Positions 31,370-40,983 of a stretch of DNA of 64,000 nucleotides are shown one piece after another (position 1 is the first letter of the stretch; each line of letters begins with the position of its first letter). The notes beneath the pieces are model-generated. The model saw only the letters and a program-made list of their open reading frames with translations. It searched no databases and was not told where the DNA came from. The position numbers and the translations under genes were made by a program. This DNA is from Candidatus Woesearchaeota archaeon (GTDB lineage: Archaea > Nanobdellota > Nanobdellia > Woesearchaeales > SKIA01), in assembly GCA_043771635.1 (NCBI GenBank), contig JAYVHA010000019.1, forward strand, positions 1,248 through 65,247, in the 5' to 3' direction.

Positions 31370-32253
31370 CGCCTTTTTCGCTGCACGAATGCTTGCCGCA
31401 CAATATCTTTGTATGGACTTGATGTTTCAAGCATAATTAAGTCTGCACCTGCCGAACGAACTAAAGCTGAAATACGCTCCTCCTCAGCAGCTACAAAAGC
31501 AGCATACGGCTGAGCGTAATCTGCAGCGTCAACAACGAGTTTTTGACCTGTAGTCGGATCTTCTAGTACGAATTCACCATGCGCCGGTAGACGCCTGTCT
31601 CGAGGGTCTCGCACAACTATCAATATTAAATCATGTTTAGTTGCCATGACTTTCAAATTATGTTCCCAAGCTGCATCGAAACCAACGGCATCCGTAATCA
31701 ACATAATAAGTCCTGGCGTTGGCATAACTGCAAGAAGCTGCCTGGTTGAATGAGCAATGTCTTTGACACCACCATAGTGCGCTATATCCAAAATTTGGCG
31801 TGTAATCTGGTGGTGATAAGCAACACCATTTCCAAGCGGCATAAACCGCGTTACGTGGTCGCTCCAAAGTGCTAAGGAAACGTTTTCTCCCATGTGAAGC
31901 GCCGCAAAGGCAAGTGAGCTCGCTACTTCCGCTGCATACTCAGACTTTACTTTATCAGTTGTGCCGCATAACATCGTGTCAGAGACATCGAGAAACATGT
32001 ATACGTTTAGATTCTTCTCTTCTTGTAGCTCTTTTATTACTAGGCGTCTACTTCGCAAACTAGCCTTCCAGTCAATAAGACTAGCATCGTCACCAGTAGT
32101 ATATTGACGATAACCTGCGAACTCTATTCCGTGTCCACGCATACGACTTATCCACTCACCTGAAATCATTGCGGAGAGCACTTGCTGCTTTGCTTCAATT
32201 TCAAGATCTCGAATCTTTGGCAGCAGGTCCGCACGAAATGAGCGCGGCTTCAT
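31354..32253 (-). CDS. DUF58 protein (MoxR-associated, VWA-like)
   Basis: The DUF58 signature YRQYTTGDDASLIDWKASLRS...FLDVSDTM. Confidence 0.75.
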   Translation of the reverse strand: MKPRSFRADLLPKIRDLEIEAKQQVLSAMISGEWISRMRGHGIEFAGYRQYTTGDDASLIDWKASLRSRRLVIKELQEEKNLNVYMFLDVSDTMLCGTTDKVKSEYAAEVASSLAFAALHMGENVSLALWSDHVTRFMPLGNGVAYHHQITRQILDIAHYGGVKDIAHSTRQLLAVMPTPGLIMLITDAVGFDAAWEHNLKVMATKHDLILIVVRDPRDRRLPAHGEFVLEDPTTGQKLVVDAADYAQPYAAFVAAEEERISALVRSAGADLIMLETSSPYKDIVRQAFVQRKRRWWRV

Positions 32254-32260
32254 TGTGTTT

Positions 32261-33370
32261 TCACCGCTCGGCGACTGGCACTTTGGCGAGAAGCTCGTCG
32301 ATGATTTGATCTGCGCTTACGCCTTCCGCCTGTCCTTCATAACTTAAAATTAGACGGTGACGAAGTACATCGTGCGCCTTTTGTTTTACGTCTTCAGGCG
32401 TAACATAAGTGCGGCCGGAAACTAGCGCACGAGCTTTAGCCGCAATAAATAAACTAATTGTGGAACGTGGGGAGCCTCCGTAAGCAATATACTTTGCCCG
32501 TGTGAGCTTATATTGATCAGGATGTCGCGTTGCATCAACAATTCGTACTATGTATCGCTCAACTTTAGGATCCAAATAAACGTTGCGTACATCCTGCTGA
32601 ATTGCAACTATCATACGCGGGTCCAAAATAGGTTTTAAGTCATAATCCTCAAAGCGACGCGTAGTCATATTCTTATGCATTACTTCAATTTCCTCCTCAG
32701 GAGGCAAGTAGCCCATTACTACTTTGAATAAAAAGCGGTCAACTTGCGCTTCAGGCAACGGGTAAGTACCAATATTTTCTACAGGGTTCTGTGTTGCCAT
32801 TACGAAAAAAGGTTGTGGAAGCGGGAATGTTTGGTTTCCAATAGTTACTTGCTTCTCCTGCATTGATTCAAGAAGTGCTGACTGAACCTTCGGCGGCGCA
32901 CGGTTTATTTCGTCAGCAAGTACGAAATTCGCAAAAATTGGACCTTTAATTGTGTAAAAGCCTTTACCTTCTTCGTACGTAGTAATACCAACGATGTCTG
33001 TCGGAAGAAGGTCAGGAGTAAACTGAATACGCTTGAAGTCACAACCCGTCACACGTGCAAGTGAGCGAACAGTAAGCGTTTTTGCAATGCCTGGCAAACC
33101 CTCGACAAGTACGTGTCCGTTTGCCACAAGGGCTTCAATAAGATTAGTTATAACTACTTGTTGCCCTACAATAATCTTGGAGAGTTCTTCACGTACAAGC
33201 GCAATGCGCTGCTGATACACAGCAACGCGCGCAATAAAAGCAGGGTCTTGAGCATTTATAGCTTCTTGACCTAAGGGGGTTAGTGGTAAACTCTGCGCAA
33301 TAGAAGTTACCAACGCACTTGCGGATACACTATTCTGCATTGAAGGCGGTAGTGCTGCGGTTGGTGACAC
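32261..33370 (-). CDS. moxR: MoxR-family AAA+ ATPase
   Basis: Walker A in GHVLVEGLPGIAKT, plus TPDLLPTDIVG. Confidence 0.9.
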   Translation of the reverse strand: MSPTAALPPSMQNSVSASALVTSIAQSLPLTPLGQEAINAQDPAFIARVAVYQQRIALVREELSKIIVGQQVVITNLIEALVANGHVLVEGLPGIAKTLTVRSLARVTGCDFKRIQFTPDLLPTDIVGITTYEEGKGFYTIKGPIFANFVLADEINRAPPKVQSALLESMQEKQVTIGNQTFPLPQPFFVMATQNPVENIGTYPLPEAQVDRFLFKVVMGYLPPEEEIEVMHKNMTTRRFEDYDLKPILDPRMIVAIQQDVRNVYLDPKVERYIVRIVDATRHPDQYKLTRAKYIAYGGSPRSTISLFIAAKARALVSGRTYVTPEDVKQKAHDVLRHRLILSYEGQAEGVSADQIIDELLAKVPVAER

Positions 33371-33485
33371 ACTCTAAAACGCATAGCTGCTCTTTTAAAT
33401 GCTGCTGTTCACTCTCACGTAGATACGTTTAGAGCTCGGAACTAGTGAACTTGGCAGAATATTTATAACGGGCTGACTCAATTTA

Positions 33486-34064
33486 TTGTACATGAGTACC
33501 AGTGATCCTGTACGCGCACATCAAGATGCGATGCTAGCACTACAGCACGAGTTCGATCGTAAAATCACATATCACCGACAGAAAGCATATCATGATCCTG
33601 CCGAGATTTACTGGCTAGCGCACGAATTTCTTACAGCAATATTGCAGAGAGCGGAACGCCACCATACAGAAGAAGAACTTGGAGCTATGCTAACTCAACT
33701 TAAGCACGATTTTATTTCCCTGCCCCCCGAACTAATCGAAGCGTGGCGCATATTTCTAGGTCAGCTCGCATACGCCCAGTACGGTGGTTACACAACTGAA
33801 ACACGCCACGTACAACTGTTACTCGACCAATGCGCACTGCTAATTGAAGAAACCCTTCGCGAAGTAGTAACTGCGCCAGACGAACTTACCAAACAACTAC
33901 AAGCCCTGAAGGTGCTCGTGCATAATGGCGAACTAGGACGCGCCGAACACCAATACCGTACAATCATTCAAGCCTATGAACGTCTTCCGGATGAACGCAA
34001 GCAAGCACACTATCATAGAGTAGCTAGCGCGTTTCAGACTATATCCGCTGCACGTAGCGCATAA
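33486..34064 (+). CDS. Hypothetical helical protein
   Basis: 192 aa, His/Gln-rich, no motif. Divergent from the moxR operon. Confidence 0.3.
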   Translation: MYMSTSDPVRAHQDAMLALQHEFDRKITYHRQKAYHDPAEIYWLAHEFLTAILQRAERHHTEEELGAMLTQLKHDFISLPPELIEAWRIFLGQLAYAQYGGYTTETRHVQLLLDQCALLIEETLREVVTAPDELTKQLQALKVLVHNGELGRAEHQYRTIIQAYERLPDERKQAHYHRVASAFQTISAARSA

Positions 34065-34131
34065 AAATTAAAATATATAATTCACTAAAATAATTGTAAG
34101 ATTCAATCCTCCTTCCGTAAAGAATTAAAAA

Positions 34132-37100
34132 TTATTTCTGCCTCGCATAAAATATTACTAGCGTTGCCCCGATAACAATTAGTGCAATTAGTAAACCACC
34201 AAGCGCCCAGTTTAGCGTACTCCAAGCTGCAAGTCCTTCAATTCCCGCAGGTTGTTGTAACTCCTGCCTACGTATAGTTTTTAGATACGCGCAGCCGTCA
34301 GTTGCAGCTTCTAGTAGCTCGGCAGCGCGCATATTGTCCCCACTAGCAATTGCGACTTCTGCTTGATCAACAAGTTCGGCAAGTTCTCCACACACAGGGT
34401 CTTGTGAGAGCAAGTCGCGAGCACTCGTAACTTTGGTGTTTACTGCGTCACCAGTGCTGGTGCGCTCTAAGCTGTTAAGAAATAATACAGCACTATCATT
34501 GAAACTCGGCTCTCCGACAACTGCAGTCACTATAATTTCAAATGTACCGCCGAGCTTATAATTCTTAATTGCGAGCGACGTGTTAAACGTCTCATCGGGC
34601 GCAAGCTCTTTTACAGTATTAGTAATAAACCCGAGTTCTACTTCAGCCTCAGATGTTGCAGTCAAGTCAATATCCTTAAGGGTCAAGTTTCCAGTATTCA
34701 CTAGTGCAATTGGAACGATAACAGTTGCATTTTCATACACTGTAAGCGGCTTCGGCACAATCAAGTTTATTGCGTATGGCTGGGGCCTTGGAATTGGCTT
34801 AATTACAACAGCACCGCCACCACCACCACCACCACCACCACCGCCAGAACTTGAACTCGAACTACTCGAGCTCTCCTCTTCTTCAGGATTATAGAAAATA
34901 GTGTAAGTAATAATATTGGAATAAAGACTGTAAGCACTATCCGCAGTAGTGGCGAGGTAAGTAAATGTAATACTGCCTGATGACGCAGGAGTTATTGTAA
35001 CGTCAGAGTCTACAAATGCTGCAGTAAAATATGCATTCGCTGATACAGAGTATACTAGCGTATTAATTTCGCTTCCATCAATAGCCAAGTTAGAGTCAAG
35101 ATCGTCATCAGGATCAATTATACTAAGTTCGTTGTTTAGTAGCGTAGTATCGTTAATTGTCCGGTTTCCGAGATTAGAAACGAGTATTGGGGCGCGTTTC
35201 ACGTTACGGACTGTGGTATTCCACATGAATGAATCATTAGCTAAAAGATTGTCTTCGACAACAGCCATTATTTCGTGTACACCTGCATCGAAGAAATCAA
35301 AACTTGCGGAATAGGCCGGGTTTGATGCAGATGGCGACGCAACAAGCATACCGTTCGAATAATATTTTACGGTCATGTTAGCAAGCACACTATCAGGATC
35401 TGTGAATGAAATATTGTAAACAACTGTAGTGTTTTCAGAGGCATTAATGAGCGTTATTGCGTTACTTGTAGTAACTATTGTGTTGTTTACTTGCGCCGAG
35501 CCATTGAGATAAGGACGAGCACCTGTAATAACAGGCGGAGCTGAACCGTTGACCACGGCGAACGTTACATTTTGACTCGTAAATGCTCCTAGCGCGTCCG
35601 TCACAGCGATATTAACTTCGTACGAGCCAATGTCTGCAAGTACAGGCGTAAATTGAATACGGCCTGTGTAAGCGTTTAATAGAGTAATATTGAAAAGGCC
35701 AGTATTTGGTCCAGCTATATCCGCTGTGAAGTTTATTGTGTCACCAATATTACGCTGATCAACATCAGTCATAATTACGTCCCAAGTTTTGCTTACATCT
35801 ATCACCACAGGCGCAGAAAGTGTAAGTACATTCGTGATATTGTCTCGGTTACTGTCAAAGAATGGCGCATCATTAGTATTGTTTACTTGAAGTGTGAAAA
35901 TCTGGGAATCACTAGCTCCCCATCGATCAGTTACAGTCAGTAGCAGAGAATAGTTCGATACCTCATTATTTGCATAGGTGTGATTCAACCTGCTAGTATT
36001 CACAGATAGCCAAGTTACATCAGCTAGCGAATCATTGAAAGAGAAAGTGAGATTTTCACCCGCATCATCATCAAGCGCCGCTAATTCGATCGTACAAGGC
36101 AGATCTTCTGCGCACGTCCTATTAGTTATCGGCACTAACACCGGCGCGGCGTTAGCATATACCGTAATGTTAAGTGTGCGCGTTACTGAAGCTAACGCGA
36201 TGTCTTGTGCAGTTATGCCGACTAATCGCCTCCCAACATCCCCAGCACCGGGTGTCGCCGTAATTAGGCCGCTGCTCGCTCCGACAGTGAATAGCGAATC
36301 ATTACTCGTGAAGGTTAGTGTATCACCCGCATAGGTTAGTTCGTCAACATCACTCGCATTTACAACATATGCGAATGCAATATCTTGCGCAGCACTTAAA
36401 GCACTAGCATTTTTTTGGCCTAAATAGTTCGGAGACTCAGCACTTATTTCAGCTATAATAGGGACATCGTTTGTGTTAGTAAGATTGAATGTTATATTAT
36501 AGCTAGTGGTGGAGCGGAAGACACCTGCTGCTGTATAGTCGGAGACAGAAAGCCTTACAGATCTACAAATGATATGATTATTCGTTAGAGTTACGTTTAT
36601 GATTCCGATAGCGCCAGTACTACTGTTCGAAGTAGTATTGACAGACCAAGGGTTCGTTATTGAGCAACCTGGACTGGCTACAGAAAAGAATAACTGATCC
36701 GCAGGATTAGTATCGTTTGCCAGTATAATATACTCGAATAAGGTACCTTGTGTACCATTTACTGCCGGAGTAGACGTGAATACAGAGGCATTGTTCGGCT
36801 CAGTAACTAGCACAGTAAATGTAGTAGTTGCATTCTTCATAGGGTTTGACGCTTGCCAAGCAACAATACTTACATTGTACAACCCAGCGTCGAGGCTAGT
36901 TGGATAACCTAGTGCGAAAGATACGTTCGCACTAAAATTACTCGTAGGCAACAGCGTTAAAGTTCCGTTTGATGTTATAGTGAAATTTAAAGGATCACTC
37001 TCTTCGTCTGAAGCAGTTATAGATAGACTGAAACCTTGTCCGGAAGTGACGTTTTGATTTCCAGGACTTATAATAATTGGAATGTCATCGAATTCAACGA

Positions 37101-37797
37101 CTTCATATACTATGTTCGAGCCACCATAAGTTTCACCATCAAACGCCAGAATCGCCATGGTGTGATTACCAACCTTACTTGCAGTAGGAGTTGCTGATAT
37201 ATCCCCATCATTGTCTATTGTAAATAATGAAGTGCCATTGTACAGGCTACTATTAAGATCACTTGATAAAAATAGCAGAATAGTGTCACCATCGGCGTCA
37301 GTTGCAGTAGCAGTAGCCGAATAAGTCTGGTCTTCAGTTAAAGACTGCAAGGTTGTAGGGAACGTAATTACGGGCGGAGAGTTAGAAATCAAGACTGCAG
37401 TGGCATTTTGCGCAACTGAAGCAGTAATATTAGACACTGTAGCCTCGCAGCGCCAATATTCACCTTTAGATGTACTTATAGGTTCTATTGAACCATTTAC
37501 TCCTGTGGCCGTTGCTACACCATTAGTGAGAGGCAGTGTTTCAGTGTCGCCAATCCAAAGTAAGTTATTCTGATACCACGAAATATTTGCAGTTAAGGTA
37601 CCATTTCCAGTTGCATTCACGATACAAGCCAATGTGCTGGCGGTGCCTGGCGAGGCAGGAGTAACACTTACGCTAACGATATTTAACGCGCGTACTTCTG
37701 GCATAAATAGCACAACACTTAGCGTAATTAAAAGTAAAGTTAACACAGTTTGCGAAGCAAAAGCTTCTCCGCTTGTACCAGTCTGCTTAGAAGTCAT
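34132..37797 (-). CDS. Giant (1221 aa) cell-surface glycoprotein with Ig-like/cadherin-like beta-sandwich repeats, a poly-Ser/Gly linker and a C-terminal TM anchor
   Basis: N-terminal signal/anchor. More than 50 N-x-S/T sequons. An S9G12 linker at 34800-34870. C-terminal hydrophobic helix followed by a basic tail (YARQK). Confidence 0.7.
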   Translation of the reverse strand: MTSKQTGTSGEAFASQTVLTLLLITLSVVLFMPEVRALNIVSVSVTPASPGTASTLACIVNATGNGTLTANISWYQNNLLWIGDTETLPLTNGVATATGVNGSIEPISTSKGEYWRCEATVSNITASVAQNATAVLISNSPPVITFPTTLQSLTEDQTYSATATATDADGDTILLFLSSDLNSSLYNGTSLFTIDNDGDISATPTASKVGNHTMAILAFDGETYGGSNIVYEVVEFDDIPIIISPGNQNVTSGQGFSLSITASDEESDPLNFTITSNGTLTLLPTSNFSANVSFALGYPTSLDAGLYNVSIVAWQASNPMKNATTTFTVLVTEPNNASVFTSTPAVNGTQGTLFEYIILANDTNPADQLFFSVASPGCSITNPWSVNTTSNSSTGAIGIINVTLTNNHIICRSVRLSVSDYTAAGVFRSTTSYNITFNLTNTNDVPIIAEISAESPNYLGQKNASALSAAQDIAFAYVVNASDVDELTYAGDTLTFTSNDSLFTVGASSGLITATPGAGDVGRRLVGITAQDIALASVTRTLNITVYANAAPVLVPITNRTCAEDLPCTIELAALDDDAGENLTFSFNDSLADVTWLSVNTSRLNHTYANNEVSNYSLLLTVTDRWGASDSQIFTLQVNNTNDAPFFDSNRDNITNVLTLSAPVVIDVSKTWDVIMTDVDQRNIGDTINFTADIAGPNTGLFNITLLNAYTGRIQFTPVLADIGSYEVNIAVTDALGAFTSQNVTFAVVNGSAPPVITGARPYLNGSAQVNNTIVTTSNAITLINASENTTVVYNISFTDPDSVLANMTVKYYSNGMLVASPSASNPAYSASFDFFDAGVHEIMAVVEDNLLANDSFMWNTTVRNVKRAPILVSNLGNRTINDTTLLNNELSIIDPDDDLDSNLAIDGSEINTLVYSVSANAYFTAAFVDSDVTITPASSGSITFTYLATTADSAYSLYSNIITYTIFYNPEEEESSSSSSSSSGGGGGGGGGGGAVVIKPIPRPQPYAINLIVPKPLTVYENATVIVPIALVNTGNLTLKDIDLTATSEAEVELGFITNTVKELAPDETFNTSLAIKNYKLGGTFEIIVTAVVGEPSFNDSAVLFLNSLERTSTGDAVNTKVTSARDLLSQDPVCGELAELVDQAEVAIASGDNMRAAELLEAATDGCAYLKTIRRQELQQPAGIEGLAAWSTLNWALGGLLIALIVIGATLVIFYARQK

Positions 37798-37919
37798 GCG
37801 CGCACCCGCTTTTCTAATAGCTCATTAACTACTTGCTGAATCGTTTTAGATTCTTTAACGGCCTTTAGCTTTAATTTGGTATGCAACTCTAACGGGAGAT
37901 CCACGTTGATATTAGTCAT
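37794..37919 (-). CDS. Unannotated 41-aa ribbon-helix-helix (CopG/Arc-like) protein, translationally coupled (ATGA) to the giant surface-protein gene
   Basis: Translates as MTNINVDLPLELHTKLKLKAVKESKTIQQVVNELLEKRVRA, a typical RHH beta-strand plus two helices. Its stop overlaps the downstream ATG. It lies below the 60-aa ORF cutoff. Confidence 0.45.
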   Translation of the reverse strand: MTNINVDLPLELHTKLKLKAVKESKTIQQVVNELLEKRVRA

Positions 37920-38259
37920 ATCCCCTGCTCCAATTCCTCAATTAAGAATGCCCTTAGAGACTTCCCTTTACTAACTGCTGCTAGCTTGCAGCGCTTATGT
38001 AGCGCAGGCGGAAGCTCAATATTTATTCTAGTCACAAATAACTACTGATAAAGCCATTTATATAGGTTTGTATACTTAACAAATTAAATATAGTTAATTA
38101 ATTTATACACTTTATATAAATATATAAAATACCATAACTACACTACACAACATAACCTACGTAAGTAATGTAAGTTACATAAATATACTAAATTATACGA
38201 TTCCCGCCAGTTCTAAACCTAAAGAACTAAGACTAGAATTATTTGTTTCGAAACACATT
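37920..38259 (-). promoter_or_regulatory. AT-rich 340-bp intergenic region with multiple TATA-like elements. Putative promoter for the RHH and giant-gene unit.
   Basis: Sequences such as TTAATTAATTTATACACTTTATATAAATATATAAAATA. No ORF. Confidence 0.4.
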
Positions 38260-40434
38260 CTAAGGTTTCTTACTGCCTAGGCCAAGTCTAAGCTCATCAT
38301 AAACACGTGCAAGGTCATCATAAATTTCGCGCTGCTCCGCTAAAGTTGCTTTTGCGTACCATGATTCAAGCACTTGATAGAGCGCTTGGGCGAGCTCCTC
38401 TTTGTTGAACTGGATTGCGAGGTGCAATTGGTTAAGAAGCAAATAACCACGATCAAGCGCAGGAGTCTCTGCAGGAATGTCGCGTAGTTGCAAGTCCTGG
38501 TCTCGAGCACGTAAATCATCAACTGTGAGCACCGCTGTTTGATATACTAGTTCTCGCGTTTCTTGAATTAGAGAACGCAGTACAAGTTCATTCACTGGCA
38601 CGCCCGCAAATTCTAGAACATTTATACGGATAAAGAACTTTCGAAGTATCCGGGCTAAAAGCGGGTTCAAGCGATTAACATTTACCGCTTTAACTAATTC
38701 TTCATTTGTGAACTCGAACTCGAGTCCGAGTGACGCTTTGAAGTAGTCACGTATAATTCGCGCAAGCTCTTCTTGACTACGAATAATAGTCTGCGTACCG
38801 AGCCGCGCCTCTAACTCTGCAAGGCGACGAATAATTTCCTCCTTTGTTGCTGCAGCTAGCAGTATCTTTCTGTTGGTTCGTTGATGGCGTAGTAAAAATG
38901 CCATCAGAGCGCTTGCAATCTGACGTTTGAGAATTATTGCGAGTAAGAAAGCAACGGCTAGCGCTATTCCGCCGATGAGTAGCGCAGTAAACCAAGGGAA
39001 ACCTGCCGCAGGGAACTGCTCTTCAACGCAAGCCGCACAGAAAAGTCCACCGCAATCAATTTGCTCTTCCCCACCATTTCTTATTCCGTCGGAACAACTT
39101 GTACAAGGAGCGCAATCAGGCCCTCCACAGTCAAGCCCTTTTTCTTCACCATCCATTTTTCTGTTTGAACAAGTGTTGCACTGCTCGCAGAACGGACCGC
39201 CACAATCCACACCTTCTTCAAAACCATTTTGGATACCATCAGTGCACAATGTACAAGCAGAGCATACTGCGCCACCGCAGTCAACACCCGTTTCATCTTG
39301 ATTCAGTATACCGTCTGCACAGTTAGGCACGTACCCGCATGGGCGAACTTCCGTGCGCGTAACAGAGCCAGGACACTGCTTAGTATCAATACAAGAGCGC
39401 CAGGAAAAGCCCGCACGGTACTCATCAATACTAGGCGACGCACCAGGTGCAGGAGTGTATAATATATCCCCCCGCACACCTGTAATCACTATGTTTGCTG
39501 GATTTGCAGGCGAAACTCGAACGCTGCGCGCTACTTGACAAGCGCTCCAATCATAACAGAAGTAGTTCTCAAAACAAACAGGGTTTGTTGAAGTGCGTGA
39601 GGCGCCACCACCGCCACCAGCTCCACCACCACCGCCTCCACCACCGCCGCTTGAGGACGAGCTAGAGGAACCACCAGAACTGCCTGACGACGGCGGCGGA
39701 CAAGTTACGTTTAACTTTACAGTATTACTTATTGCACTTAGATTAGTCGGATCTGTTGCATTGAATACAACGCTTTCTACACCGCACCAACCGGACGCAG
39801 GTGTAAGCGTTACTTCTCCAGCAGTGAAAGCAATACCAATATTAGAATTACCAGTCACAGAGTATGCTAAAATATCAGCATTCGGATCAATAAAATAATT
39901 ATCGAGATCAAACGCTACAAGCACAGTTCCATACTGCCAGGTTTGATTTGGAATATTTTGTGCGAGAAACGGAGTATTCAAATTTTGGGAAATGGTGAAT
40001 GTATTCAAGTTTGTAGTTATAGCGTTTGTACAGCCCGAACCATCGTCCACAGTAAGTAAAAGAGTGTAAGTGCCAATCTGAGATGAATTTGGCGTAAACG
40101 CAAATGTATGAGTTGAGCTGGAGAATAACGCGAGTCCCGTAGCTGGACCGGATAGCGCAGCAGATGAGAAAGCAAAACTTACTTGGACTGGATCAGAGGC
40201 AGTCATTGTGCATGAGTAAGGAGTATCCACATAGGCGTTCATAGTACAAGAAGATAGGTTTAGCGTCGGCGGCGTGTTTACACAAATAGTCAATTGCCCA
40301 TTAGATGTAACTCTACCAGTAGTAGACGCATCACGTACTAGGATATACGCATTCTGCGCCAAGACTAGAACAACAAGAATAAGGAATGCAATCCACAAAT
40401 ACTTTGGATGCTTACGCACGGAGCACCACCTCAC
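38260..40434 (-). CDS. Single-pass surface protein. From N- to C-terminus: glycosylated ectodomain, poly-Ser/Gly linker, 4 Cys-rich 25-aa repeats, TM helix, ~230-aa cytoplasmic helical tail.
   Basis: Signal peptide. Linker SSGGSSSSSSSGGGGGGGGGAGGGGG. Repeat consensus C-x-DG-x2-N-x2-E-x-G-x-DCGG-x2-C-x2-C, four copies. TM segment FPWFTALLIGGIALAVAFLLAIIL. Confidence 0.65.
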   Translation of the reverse strand: MRWCSVRKHPKYLWIAFLILVVLVLAQNAYILVRDASTTGRVTSNGQLTICVNTPPTLNLSSCTMNAYVDTPYSCTMTASDPVQVSFAFSSAALSGPATGLALFSSSTHTFAFTPNSSQIGTYTLLLTVDDGSGCTNAITTNLNTFTISQNLNTPFLAQNIPNQTWQYGTVLVAFDLDNYFIDPNADILAYSVTGNSNIGIAFTAGEVTLTPASGWCGVESVVFNATDPTNLSAISNTVKLNVTCPPPSSGSSGGSSSSSSSGGGGGGGGGAGGGGGASRTSTNPVCFENYFCYDWSACQVARSVRVSPANPANIVITGVRGDILYTPAPGASPSIDEYRAGFSWRSCIDTKQCPGSVTRTEVRPCGYVPNCADGILNQDETGVDCGGAVCSACTLCTDGIQNGFEEGVDCGGPFCEQCNTCSNRKMDGEEKGLDCGGPDCAPCTSCSDGIRNGGEEQIDCGGLFCAACVEEQFPAAGFPWFTALLIGGIALAVAFLLAIILKRQIASALMAFLLRHQRTNRKILLAAATKEEIIRRLAELEARLGTQTIIRSQEELARIIRDYFKASLGLEFEFTNEELVKAVNVNRLNPLLARILRKFFIRINVLEFAGVPVNELVLRSLIQETRELVYQTAVLTVDDLRARDQDLQLRDIPAETPALDRGYLLLNQLHLAIQFNKEELAQALYQVLESWYAKATLAEQREIYDDLARVYDELRLGLGSKKP

Positions 40435-40852
40435 GTGTAAAGTCTACATCCCAATGCCCGAGAAACGCCAAAGCATCAAGTTCACGATCCATCGGCACAA
40501 AAAATGCAGGTCTACCCAGCTTTTGTCCACCCCATTCGGGCAACAAACCTATGCGACCTTGCACTCCCATTAACGCGTGGCTAAACACCTTCTTCCGACC
40601 AGGGTTCAAACGAGCAAGTAAATAAGTGATTAGCGACCAGCTCCCGACCCCAGCCATTTTTCTGTATGATTGCCCATATCGATGCGAGTAGCCCCGCTCT
40701 AAAAACTCTCGCACGCGCGTATGAAGCTGTGATGCAGGCAGACTAATGCAACCTGGCACCCGCGTGGCACCCGCAGTAATAGCGAAATGAGTCTCACCAA
40801 CAGTAACTATGTCGATGACGTCAACCTGCTTCAGTAAACCACTGAATTGCAC
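40412..40852 (-). CDS. Hypothetical protein with Cys...His-x-Asp residues, possibly a papain-fold/transglutaminase-like cysteine peptidase
   Basis: ORF of 146 aa with a conserved-looking VPGCISLP and C-terminal GHWDVDF. The assignment is speculative. Confidence 0.25.
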   Translation of the reverse strand: MQFSGLLKQVDVIDIVTVGETHFAITAGATRVPGCISLPASQLHTRVREFLERGYSHRYGQSYRKMAGVGSWSLITYLLARLNPGRKKVFSHALMGVQGRIGLLPEWGGQKLGRPAFFVPMDRELDALAFLGHWDVDFTREVVLRA

Positions 40853-40983
40853 AATACTCGCAGCTTCGCGACCTTTTTATTAGTATCGAATACGCAAAAG
40901 AGATTGACAAGAAGTTACCCACTTTAAAGCTGAAAAATATCAACTATTTACGATAAAGTGATTAAACAAGTTATTAGGATAAT

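Noticed and set aside
34800-34870. CRISPR-like or other short tandem repeats
   Set aside because: The periodic sequence here, at 39600-39680 and at 47750-47990 is triplet-periodic coding repeat (Gly/Ser/Pro/Val linkers) inside ORFs. No repeat-spacer array is present anywhere in the window.
34580-34894. ORF with a poly-Pro run (PPPPPPPPPPP) antisense to the giant gene
   Set aside because: It is an antisense reading of the Ser/Gly linker codons.
39593-39898. A similar poly-Pro ORF antisense to the 724-aa gene
   Set aside because: It is an antisense reading of the Gly linker codons.
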